In this document: positions 40,962 through 49,642 of the stretch, one piece after another
Numbering within the stretch: position 1 is the stretch's first letter
Layout of the letters: each line of letters begins with the position of its first letter
Source: an uncultured Candidatus Saccharibacteria bacterium
GTDB lineage: Bacteria; Patescibacteriota; Saccharimonadia; Saccharimonadales; CAZARM01
DNA length: 64,000 bases
Assembly (NCBI GenBank): GCA_964487615.1
Contig: CAZARM010000001.1
Coordinates: 32,226-96,225 of the forward strand
Direction of reading: 5' to 3'
Made by a program: the position numbers and the translations under genes
The notes under the pieces: generated by a model
What the model saw: only the letters and a program-made list of their open reading frames with translations
Database searches by the model: none
Told to the model about the DNA's origin: nothing

Positions 40962-42700
40962 TACCAGCCGCCACCACCGCCTCCACCACCACCACCTCCG
41001 GAAAAACCACCGCCGCCGCTGCCCGAGCTACTAGAGCTAGTGGAGGCCGAAAAGCTACTATTCATGGCCGAGACACCGGTTGTTAAAGTGTTCGCAAATG
41101 CCGCCATCTGGAACGTCGAGAAGTTGCCGTCGTACCAGCTTGGCGGTTGTTTATAGATATCCTCAAATTGCTTGGACCAGGACTTCTCGACGCCCAAGGC
41201 CACTGCAAATGGCAGCAGCTTTTCAAACAGCTCAACTGTTTGGGACGGTGCGGCATACGGCCGGTCTACGCTTTGAAGCATCTTGAGCCGGTCTTTCTCG
41301 GCCGTCTTCATATATAGTTCCAAGCCTTTGACTTTTTCATAAGCCTCCACGCCGGCGTGACTGCGGCGGCGCATTAGGCCAGCATAGAAAATTGCGCTTA
41401 ACATAGCCCAGATTAGCCCTAAAATCCAGCCCCAACCCTGGCCAGTGACAAACAGCAACACAAAAGAACCCACTGCTGTAGCAATCAGCCAGTTACGCAC
41501 GTGAGTCGGCTTGTCTTCGAACAGACCATAATCTTTAGTTAGCTTGGACTTGAGGTCTCTCCGAATAACGGTAACTGTGGTGTACATAGCTGTTCGATCG
41601 ATTTTTGAGATACTCTGAAGTGCGCCTTTAGTGGCGGGGCTAAACAATGTCCCCAGCAAGGACGACTCATGGGGCTTAAGACCAGCGAAATCATCATTGA
41701 CTAGCTCCAGGGAAAATTCGCGTTTTTTAAACACTAGCGCCTGGGTCTTCTGTTCGTCATGGATCTGGATGTAACCACGCACAGCTAGATCAATGATCGT
41801 GGCAGACAGATCTCGGCCATCTACCCGGTAATCCATCAGCAGCCCGACTTCCGCTGGCGACAGACCCTTGGGTGGTTCGTACTCCGGCACAATTACGCCA
41901 CGACCTTTGTAATCTTTGCCGTATTTGCGCCACACATTAAAGCACACCAGGCTAGTAATCACACCGGTGGCTATGCCTACCAGCTGCCACCAGTTGTCCC
42001 GCAGCCAATCATTACGGTCGCGCGGTGTGATCAAGCCCTTTTGTAAAGGCGAGGCGACTGTTAGCGTCTCAAAAGCCTCTAAACGACGGCTAGCCTCAAA
42101 TTTATAGCCTCTATCAGTTCTTGTCAGCTGGCAAGCCTGTTCTGTACTGCCAAGTTTTCCGGTGTAGCATGCTGGTGTGGGCAAGCCCTGATCATTCCAA
42201 GACGCTGGGAAGATAACTTCACCAGCGACTTTTTCAAACGGTTGACCCCACTGATTACCATTTACGTCCCAGTACCACTCGTCAAAGCCGTTCTGGTAAT
42301 TGACTACACCTATCATTTCGTACTTGATCTTGTAGCTATGATCACCAGTGATGGTTTGATTAGCATTGCCTATCTTTAGAACTTTATTATTAGCCTGTTC
42401 GTAGCTGGTAAAAGGTTCGCTGTTACCATCACGCTCAATTGATGTGACGTGCAATTTCGCTGAGTGGCCTTGATAATCAGTTGGTATAGCCCGGTAGATT
42501 CCGTGGTTATAATCGCTGAAGGTCAGATGAATGTCTTCTTCTACCTGCAAACGGCCGCCATGAACGTCGTTAAACAATTCGTAGCGGCCGTCGAACTCGT
42601 GGATGACAAAGTCATTAACGTCCGCGTCGGCACGGCCAGGTAATAGAAATAGCACTGACGCAATAAACGTCAGGGTCAGGAGTGCGAATAGCTTTTTCAT
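40961..42700 (-). CDS. DUF2207 family membrane protein
   Basis: signal peptide, YW...G..W, P.E.G.L, TI.DLA.RG, LP.AVALG, C-terminal SSGSGGGGFSGGGGGGGGGGGW. Confidence 0.92.
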   Translation of the reverse strand: MKKLFALLTLTFIASVLFLLPGRADADVNDFVIHEFDGRYELFNDVHGGRLQVEEDIHLTFSDYNHGIYRAIPTDYQGHSAKLHVTSIERDGNSEPFTSYEQANNKVLKIGNANQTITGDHSYKIKYEMIGVVNYQNGFDEWYWDVNGNQWGQPFEKVAGEVIFPASWNDQGLPTPACYTGKLGSTEQACQLTRTDRGYKFEASRRLEAFETLTVASPLQKGLITPRDRNDWLRDNWWQLVGIATGVITSLVCFNVWRKYGKDYKGRGVIVPEYEPPKGLSPAEVGLLMDYRVDGRDLSATIIDLAVRGYIQIHDEQKTQALVFKKREFSLELVNDDFAGLKPHESSLLGTLFSPATKGALQSISKIDRTAMYTTVTVIRRDLKSKLTKDYGLFEDKPTHVRNWLIATAVGSFVLLFVTGQGWGWILGLIWAMLSAIFYAGLMRRRSHAGVEAYEKVKGLELYMKTAEKDRLKMLQSVDRPYAAPSQTVELFEKLLPFAVALGVEKSWSKQFEDIYKQPPSWYDGNFSTFQMAAFANTLTTGVSAMNSSFSASTSSSSSGSGGGGFSGGGGGGGGGGGW

Positions 42701-45183
42701 ATTCGCTCAGTGCCAAGCTTTTGGTGCACCTCATCGGCGATGGCATCTAATAGTTCACTGACTTCATTCGTCGTCAGCGTGCGGTCGTGAGCATGTACAG
42801 TGAACCGGTAGCTGATATTCTTATGATTGTCGTGTTCTGGCTGGTAAATACTTAACGGGCCGCGAGTCACTTCCAACTTTTTTTCTCCCATACTGACCCG
42901 AGTAGCTTCGGCTATCGCATCATCTAATTCTTGGAAAGCTTCCTGCGCACCGACTTTGAGAGTCATGTCCTGTTCGACTTTTGGAAAACGTGGCAATGGT
43001 TGGTACTTAGGAGCAGACGGCACCACGGCAATCAACTGCTCTAGCCCAATTTCAAAACCTGCAGAAAACTGTGGTAGCTTGAGTTCACGAATAACGTTTG
43101 GTTTAAACTCCCCAACAATACCCAACAAATTTCCCGACTCGCTGTCGTGAACCAGGGCTGAGCGAGCCGTATTAAACGGCTGCATGCTGGCAAAGTCCGA
43201 TGCTTGCTTGATAGGCTGGTATTTTAAAGCGATGCCTAGGTCCATTGCCAGAGCATCCAAATAGGTACGGGCTTGATAAAACGCCGCCCCGGATTTCTTA
43301 GCCTGATCACCAGCCGCTGCTACAAAGGCCAGCATATTAAATTCTTGGGGAATGCCGTCCTCAACGTGAGCTTTGTTGTGTGTTTTGTTCATCTCAAACA
43401 TTGCTAGCTCAGGGGCACCGGCCTTGATATTAGAATGTACTTTATCGAGCAGGCTGGGTATTAGCGTCTGCCGGTAGTATTGCAAATCAGGGCTGAGAGC
43501 ATTGGATAATTTAAAGGCCTTGTCCTGGTCTTGCCCAGCCGTAGCCAGCAGGTCGCCATGGACAAAGCTGTAGGTCAATACTTCATTTGCACCATTGCGT
43601 GACAATATGTCGCGAATTCGCGCCTTGAAGTCAAACTCTGGGTTGCGCTTGGTTGGCTTGATCGAACGCATCGGCAGGTCAAGTGGAAGCTTTTCGTACC
43701 CATACAATCGACCCACTTCCTCGACGATGTCCTCGGCTATTTCAATATCAGTGCGCCAGAATGGTGGCTTGACGGCCAGCTGTTTGCCGATGCTCATGAC
43801 TTTAAACTCTACGTTTTCAAGCAGATCGGTTATTCTTTTGACAGTTAGGTTTAAGCCTAGCCGGTCATTTATGAACGACGGGGTCACGCGAACGGTCGCT
43901 GGCTCTGGCAGTGATTTGCCGGTGTCAACAACATCGCCAATTACTGCGGCATCAGCGAACTGCCTCAACAGTTGCACAGCTTTATGTAATACCCGGTCAT
44001 TTTGCAGATGGCTCTGGCCTTTGGTAAATCTGGTGCTGGCATCAGTGAACAACCCGTACTCCATGGCACTGCGCCGGATGGTGTACATATCAAAACTGGC
44101 GACTTCCAGGATGATATTGCTGGTATCTTCATCTGTCTCCGTCCCGGCACCGCCCATAATACCGGCGACGCCTACGGGTGTGTCGCCAGAGGTGATCAGA
44201 ATTGTCGAGTCGTCATTTAGTTCCAGATCCTTGCCGTTTAGAAGCTTCAGCTTATCGCCCTTTTTTGACATTCGTGCCCCTAAGTTACCGGCTAGTGGCA
44301 ATTTATCGGCATCATAGGCATGCATCGGCTGGCCAGTCAAATACATCATGTAGTTGGTAACGTCTACAGCAGTATTAATTGGTCGCAAGCCAACACGGTT
44401 CAGGTAGGTTTGCAGCCAAAACGGGCTGGGGCCGTTGTGAGCAATGCTCAGTGGCAGGGCCATAAAGCGAGGTACTAGCTTTGGTACGTCATTTTTGACT
44501 GTTACTTTAAGGGAACGAGGGTCTGGCATAAGTTCTGATTTTTTAAACTCAACATACCACTTGGGGCTGGTGAACGGCTGGCCTTGGATGCCAGCAATTT
44601 CCCGGGCCACACCCAAGATTCCAAACAAGTCTGGCCGGTGAGTGAACATTTTGTTCTCGATATCTACTACATAGTCGTCCAGGTGATAGGTGGCGGCAAA
44701 ATCAGCACCGGGCTTGGCGTCACCACGGTCTAGCTCCACGATGCCAGAGTGGTCATCACTAATCGCCAGCTCGTGGCTGCTGGCTAGCATGCCGTTGCTG
44801 ACTTGCCCGCGAATCTCCCGGGCTTCTAGCACAAAAGGCTCTTTATCAACACTGCTAGGTACAGTAACGCCGGGTGGCAACCAAGCTACCAGCAAACCTT
44901 CACGCACATTTGGGGCGCCACAAATAACTTGCACATAGCCCTTAGCATCTCGGTCTACGCGCTTAGCTGCTCGGCCATCATCGATTTTGCAGACCTGAAG
45001 TTTGTCAGCGCCTGGGTGTTTGACGCACTCCACGACTTTGGCAACGATGATGCCCTGGTATTTTTTGCCAACGTCGATGACTTCTTCAACCGCGCCAATC
45101 TGAGCGCCGATTTTAGCCACCATGGCGTCGACTGTTAGATCAGCCTTGGTGAATTCTCTAACCCAATTGAGACTTACTTTCAT
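42697..45183 (-). CDS. pheT: Phenylalanine-tRNA ligase beta subunit
   Basis: MKVSLNW, CGAPNV, RPD...I.GVARE, D.TNY.M...GQPMHAYD, D.VEEVGR.YGY. Confidence 0.97.
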   Translation of the reverse strand: MKVSLNWVREFTKADLTVDAMVAKIGAQIGAVEEVIDVGKKYQGIIVAKVVECVKHPGADKLQVCKIDDGRAAKRVDRDAKGYVQVICGAPNVREGLLVAWLPPGVTVPSSVDKEPFVLEAREIRGQVSNGMLASSHELAISDDHSGIVELDRGDAKPGADFAATYHLDDYVVDIENKMFTHRPDLFGILGVAREIAGIQGQPFTSPKWYVEFKKSELMPDPRSLKVTVKNDVPKLVPRFMALPLSIAHNGPSPFWLQTYLNRVGLRPINTAVDVTNYMMYLTGQPMHAYDADKLPLAGNLGARMSKKGDKLKLLNGKDLELNDDSTILITSGDTPVGVAGIMGGAGTETDEDTSNIILEVASFDMYTIRRSAMEYGLFTDASTRFTKGQSHLQNDRVLHKAVQLLRQFADAAVIGDVVDTGKSLPEPATVRVTPSFINDRLGLNLTVKRITDLLENVEFKVMSIGKQLAVKPPFWRTDIEIAEDIVEEVGRLYGYEKLPLDLPMRSIKPTKRNPEFDFKARIRDILSRNGANEVLTYSFVHGDLLATAGQDQDKAFKLSNALSPDLQYYRQTLIPSLLDKVHSNIKAGAPELAMFEMNKTHNKAHVEDGIPQEFNMLAFVAAAGDQAKKSGAAFYQARTYLDALAMDLGIALKYQPIKQASDFASMQPFNTARSALVHDSESGNLLGIVGEFKPNVIRELKLPQFSAGFEIGLEQLIAVVPSAPKYQPLPRFPKVEQDMTLKVGAQEAFQELDDAIAEATRVSMGEKKLEVTRGPLSIYQPEHDNHKNISYRFTVHAHDRTLTTNEVSELLDAIADEVHQKLGTERI

Positions 45184-45605
45184 GCCAAGTCTCCGAACTC
45201 GGTCAGTGTTGCAGTTTCTTCAGGGTGAGCCAGATCAGAATAGCGTAGCCAGGTAGGAGTGATCAGGAAGTAGACTTGGCCGGCTTCACCAGCAAACCTT
45301 TTGGCAGCCGGGACTTTTTCATAATGTTTAGCCACCCGCTCTTCCAGCTCGTCACCTGTTACTTGGTGAGCTTGCCCCTCATACTGAACAGTTATAGCAC
45401 CTTCGGTGCCGACTACTAACGCCACGGCCGGATTTGCTTTGAGGTTAGGATACTTTCGGCTTTTTTCATTGGTGCCTATAAAAAACTGGTATTGCGCGTT
45501 ATGAGAAAACCCTATCGTCGCCGCTTGGGGCTTTCCGTCCTGATTAACCGTTGCTAAGACACAAGTATTGTGGCCACTCAAAAATTCATTAATCTTGTTG
45601 CTCAT
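45180..45605 (-). CDS. Pyridoxamine 5'-phosphate oxidase-like FMN-binding protein
   Basis: VLATV..DG.P, T...SRK..NL..NP.VAL. Confidence 0.85.
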   Translation of the reverse strand: MSNKINEFLSGHNTCVLATVNQDGKPQAATIGFSHNAQYQFFIGTNEKSRKYPNLKANPAVALVVGTEGAITVQYEGQAHQVTGDELEERVAKHYEKVPAAKRFAGEAGQVYFLITPTWLRYSDLAHPEETATLTEFGDLA

Positions 45606-46657
45606 TTGAACTGCCTCAGGAAGTCTAGTTTGCCAGAGTGGAAATTACGGACGTCTTCGATGTCGTACTTCATCATGACTAATCTATCCAGTCCCATGCC
45701 GCCAGCAAAACCAGTGTAAATCTCTGGATCGATGCCAGCCATTTTTAGAACATTGGGGTGAACCATGCCCATGCCTAACAGCTCAATCCAACCGCTGTAA
45801 CTACAAACATTGCAGCCCTTTTTGCGACAAAACGGACAGCTCAGGGCCAGCTCTAGGCTGGGCTCGGTGAATGGAAAGTAAAATGGCTGGCTCTTGATTT
45901 CTAACTTCTGCCCGTAGTATTCCTCTAAAAATGTTTTGAAGGTAGCTATCAGATTGCCGGCGTGGATGCCCTTGCCAACATACATAATCTCTACCTGGTA
46001 GAAGGTATGCTCATGTCTGGCATCAACGTCTTCGTTGCGGAAGGTCCGGCCAGTGTAAACGGTACTGATGGGAGTTCCTTTTTCCAAGCCAGCTTTGCCC
46101 TGTTTTAAGACACGAGTTTGCATAATACTGGCGTGTGCTGGTGCCACGTAAGGATGGCCATTTTTGTCCATCTCTTTGGTCATAAAGGTGTCATAGTCGT
46201 CCCTCGCCGGGTGTCCAGCCGGAAAGTTGAGCGAACTAAACATGTGATATTCATCGTCTAACTGCCGGGATTCCACGGCATTGAAGCCCATACGGTAGAA
46301 AATATCTAGCACATGATCCAGCTCCGTCATTAATGGGTGCTTACTGCCTAGGCTGCTGGGCAACACCGTTGGTCGTTGCTCAGACTCTACGTTCACGTCA
46401 AAGGGAGCGGTAACGTCGATCGGCTGCAACTTCTCGGCTTTGTCAGCGTGTTCAGCAACTAATTGCTCAAGTTCCGCCTTTAGCTTGTTAATCTCCTTGC
46501 CAAATGAGCCTCTGTCTTCAGCGGGCAGTGTTGTGATCTCTGAGTATAGTGCTTTTAGCTCCACCGACTTCAAAATTTCGGTCTTGTTATCAAGTTCCGA
46601 CAACCGACTTTTTAGAGCCTTCGCAACTTCAGCAATTTTAGGATTTTGGTAGCTCAT
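45602..46657 (-). CDS. pheS: Phenylalanine-tRNA ligase alpha subunit
   Basis: HPAR...DTF, FYQVE, YFPFTEPS, GMVHPNVL, G.G.DRL.M. Confidence 0.97.
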   Translation of the reverse strand: MSYQNPKIAEVAKALKSRLSELDNKTEILKSVELKALYSEITTLPAEDRGSFGKEINKLKAELEQLVAEHADKAEKLQPIDVTAPFDVNVESEQRPTVLPSSLGSKHPLMTELDHVLDIFYRMGFNAVESRQLDDEYHMFSSLNFPAGHPARDDYDTFMTKEMDKNGHPYVAPAHASIMQTRVLKQGKAGLEKGTPISTVYTGRTFRNEDVDARHEHTFYQVEIMYVGKGIHAGNLIATFKTFLEEYYGQKLEIKSQPFYFPFTEPSLELALSCPFCRKKGCNVCSYSGWIELLGMGMVHPNVLKMAGIDPEIYTGFAGGMGLDRLVMMKYDIEDVRNFHSGKLDFLRQFK

Positions 46658-46699
46658 TGTGAATTCCAGTATAACAGATGGGCAACAGAGAGCAGTATA

Positions 46700-46781
46700 T
46701 TGACATATCTTGACGCTTATGCTATAATGTATTAGTTTTCAGTGGAGTTTACTCCTGAAAACGCCCTTTGACAGAGTAGAG
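46700..46781 (+). promoter_or_regulatory. Consensus sigma70 promoter plus bulged hairpin and boxA-like leader (cassette 2)
   Basis: TTGACA (46700-46705), 17 bp, TATAAT (46723-46728) with TGn; hairpin TTTTCAG-TG-GAGT-TT-ACTC-CTGAAAA; CGCCCTTTGACAGA. Confidence 0.8.
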
Positions 46782-46883
46782 AAGAAATAGATTGGCACTA
46801 TTGCGCATAGAGCCGTGCTCAGCAATGCCAATCTATCTCAATATCCCCTAGCATTCACCCACACACCGTTCCGAGGAGGAACA

Positions 46884-47351
46884 ATGTCATTCCGTCCGAC
46901 CCAACGCGGTAATCGCACCCTGCATGTGATAGCGGTCCTCGTGGCTGCCATCTGCGCATCCCTCATCGTGAGCCTCACGTACGGATACGGAGATGATCCC
47001 AGACCTGCCAACCCCTACACCCCCACCCCCTCCGGCCAAGAAGCCATCGACGGCGTTGCGCCACCAGGAATCACCATTTCCTACGGAGTGAACTCCCTGT
47101 ACGTCGCAACCAGCAGTCGGCTCAATGACCGTCCCAACGTCACCTTCATCCTCCCCCTCACCGAGGAAGATGATCGTCGACTGGACGAGATGTTGCCGCA
47201 GGGCAAAGACATCGTCAGGGAGCTGGCCAAGATCGACGAGATCGAGGTCATCTACCTTCTGGAAGACGGTGTGGTCGTCGACTACAAGCCGGGCTCATCA
47301 CGAGATGAACTGCTCGACCAGGTCACGACCATCATCGGAATGTACGGGTGA
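46884..47351 (+). CDS. Hypothetical membrane-anchored protein with atypical high-GC3 codon usage; C-terminus weakly Nfu/NifU-N-like
   Basis: GAGGAGG Shine-Dalgarno before ATG at 46884; one TM then a Pro-rich linker; mostly C/G-ending codons. Confidence 0.75.
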   Translation: MSFRPTQRGNRTLHVIAVLVAAICASLIVSLTYGYGDDPRPANPYTPTPSGQEAIDGVAPPGITISYGVNSLYVATSSRLNDRPNVTFILPLTEEDDRRLDEMLPQGKDIVRELAKIDEIEVIYLLEDGVVVDYKPGSSRDELLDQVTTIIGMYG

Positions 47352-47478
47352 AAGTGTGGCGGAGGTCAGGTCGTTCCGATTTTTCGGTACAACCCCCTCC
47401 GCCACCCTAAACCCTCTACTCTGTCACTTCACCATAGGAACTAAACTTTAGTCCCTGCGGTGAGGTACAATAATCACT

Positions 47479-47976
47479 ATGGCTAACTTCTCTTTTGATA
47501 TTGTTTCTGAGTACGACAAGGCGGAGATGAACAATGTTTTTGACCAGACCCGCCGGGAAATGGACAACCGTTATGATTTTAAAGGCACCCCGGCAGAAAT
47601 TGATTGGCTCGGCGATGATAAGTCCGGGTTCAAAGTAACGGGCAGTGGTGATTGGCAGATAGACGCAATTCTGGACATTGTCCGCAAAAAGCTAGCCTCC
47701 CGCAACCAAAGCCAAAAAGTATTAGATACCTCTAAAGAATCTGTGGTCAGCAATATGAAGACCACTAAAGAAGTACTGTTCAAACAGGGCTTAAGCCAAG
47801 ACAACGCCAAAAAGATCACCGCACTAATTCGCGATAATGTTCCAAAGGTCAAAACCCAGATCCAGGGAGACGCAGTCCGCGCCACCAGCGGCAGCAAAGA
47901 CGACCTTCAAGCAGTCATGCACTTGTTACAGTCCAAAGACTTCGATTTCCCCCTAAGCTTCACTAACTACCGCTAA
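47479..47976 (+). CDS. yajQ: YajQ family cyclic-di-GMP/nucleotide-binding protein
   Basis: SFDIVS, RYDFKG, KQG.....AKKI, QIQGD.VR..S..KDDLQ, F.NYR. Confidence 0.95.
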   Translation: MANFSFDIVSEYDKAEMNNVFDQTRREMDNRYDFKGTPAEIDWLGDDKSGFKVTGSGDWQIDAILDIVRKKLASRNQSQKVLDTSKESVVSNMKTTKEVLFKQGLSQDNAKKITALIRDNVPKVKTQIQGDAVRATSGSKDDLQAVMHLLQSKDFDFPLSFTNYR

Positions 47977-48011
47977 TAAGCTCAAGAGTTTTGGGCTATA
48001 CTTGGTGCTAT

Positions 48012-49355
48012 ATGGATGAACAGGCCGTTGATGAGATTCAGGCTAAGCCGACGGATGTGCTTGAAGTAGCTAAGGGCGTACTGGAAATGAACGACGAAGG
48101 TACGCACACTACACCGACTAATAGTGGGTTGTACCCGCACCAGTGGCTATGGGACAGTTGCTTTGTAGCGATTGGCCTCCGGCACTTGGATATTGACCGA
48201 GCCAAGACCGAGATTTTGAGTTTGCTTCATGGCCAGTGGGCCAACGGTATGATGCCAAATATGATTCTTAGTACACACAGACATCACCGGGACAGTAATC
48301 TCTGGCGTAGCTGGCTGAACCCCAATGCCCCAGACCATGTCAGTACCAGCGGCATAACGCAGCCGCCAATGCTTGCAGAAGCGGTAGTGCGCGTGGGCGA
48401 AAAACTGAACAAAACCGAGCGTCGGACTTGGTATAAATCGGTATTCCCGGCGCTACTGGCTTACCACGAATGGCTGTACCGTGAGCGCGATCCTCACTCC
48501 GAAGGGCTAACACTACAGATCCATCCATGGGAAACGGGAATGGACAATACACCGCCCTGGATGAGTGAGCTACACGACCACCAGTTAGCTTGGTGGATCA
48601 CGGTTGTCGATAAGCTGAGGCTAGGTCATATATTTAAAGTCTTTCGCCGAGACAAGGTAATCCCAGCCGAACAGCGGTTGGGAACGATTGAGGCATTAGC
48701 GCTCTATAGCACGCAGCGCCGCTTGCGCCGCAAGAACTATGACATTAGCCGAATTTTGTCACACTCCTTGTTTGCCATTGAAGATGTAAACTTCAACTCT
48801 ATCCTGATACGGGCCAATCATCACGTCCGGGACATTGCCAAGTTTCTGCGCAAAGAGTTACCTGAAGAATTAGACGATAGCATGCACAAGACCGAAAAAG
48901 CTCTGGAGCAGCTATGGGATCCCTATTCTAATCAGTACTACTCCCGGGAATTTGTGTCTCACCGCTTACTCAAAACACCGTCCCTGGGAACACTAATGCC
49001 ACTCTACGCCGGCAGCATCACCAAGGAGCGGGCAGGCGTGCTAGTCAAGCTACTGGAGGACGCCAACCAGTTCGGCAGCCACTATCCAGTCCCAACTGTG
49101 CCAATTAATTCAGAGTGGTTTAAGCCAACCGGCTACTGGCAAGGGCCGACTTGGGTCAACACCAACTGGATGATCATCGATGGGCTGAAACGCTATGGTT
49201 TTGCTGACCACGCGGCAGCGCTAGCAGAAACGACTCTGGAATTAGTTGAACGGTCTGGTTGTAGTGAGTACTTCAGTCCGCTTGACGGATCACCCGCCGG
49301 CGCTCCCAACTTCAGCTGGACCGCCGCTCTGAGCATAGATTTGTTATCGAAATAA
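48012..49355 (+). CDS. GH63-like / MGH1-like glycoside hydrolase
   Basis: LYPHQWLWDSCF, SGITQPP, HPWETGMDN.P, YWQGP.W.N.NW, EYF.P, FSWTAA. Confidence 0.88.
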   Translation: MDEQAVDEIQAKPTDVLEVAKGVLEMNDEGTHTTPTNSGLYPHQWLWDSCFVAIGLRHLDIDRAKTEILSLLHGQWANGMMPNMILSTHRHHRDSNLWRSWLNPNAPDHVSTSGITQPPMLAEAVVRVGEKLNKTERRTWYKSVFPALLAYHEWLYRERDPHSEGLTLQIHPWETGMDNTPPWMSELHDHQLAWWITVVDKLRLGHIFKVFRRDKVIPAEQRLGTIEALALYSTQRRLRRKNYDISRILSHSLFAIEDVNFNSILIRANHHVRDIAKFLRKELPEELDDSMHKTEKALEQLWDPYSNQYYSREFVSHRLLKTPSLGTLMPLYAGSITKERAGVLVKLLEDANQFGSHYPVPTVPINSEWFKPTGYWQGPTWVNTNWMIIDGLKRYGFADHAAALAETTLELVERSGCSEYFSPLDGSPAGAPNFSWTAALSIDLLSK

Positions 49356-49637
49356 CAGGATGCCCAGGATTATGGCTCCGTCCATACCAAACCACAGAGC
49401 CTGGGTGAGAATCAGCGGTTTAATTTTGTGGACCAGGGCATAGCTTAAGAAGATTATGCCTATCAGGCTGTAGCCTAACCAGGTCGCCAGCGAAAGGCTA
49501 GTGACATCATGTGTGGTATAAATCTTCCAGATTTGTGGCAAGCTGGAGAAAGGATGAATGACAGCGGCTCCTAACATGGCCTTGTCTATCAGCCGATTGG
49601 AAGTTTTCTTGATATGAAGGAGGGGGTGAGTACGCAT
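49344..49637 (-). CDS. SemiSWEET / PQ-loop transporter
   Basis: LPQIWKIY.T..V..LSL; three TM helices. Confidence 0.8.
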   Translation of the reverse strand: MRTHPLLHIKKTSNRLIDKAMLGAAVIHPFSSLPQIWKIYTTHDVTSLSLATWLGYSLIGIIFLSYALVHKIKPLILTQALWFGMDGAIILGILLFR

Positions 49638-49642
49638 AAGGA

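Noticed and set aside
40947-41030. Poly-Pro ORF / CCA-CCG repeat
   Set aside because: It is the antisense of the Gly-rich C-terminus typical of DUF2207 proteins.
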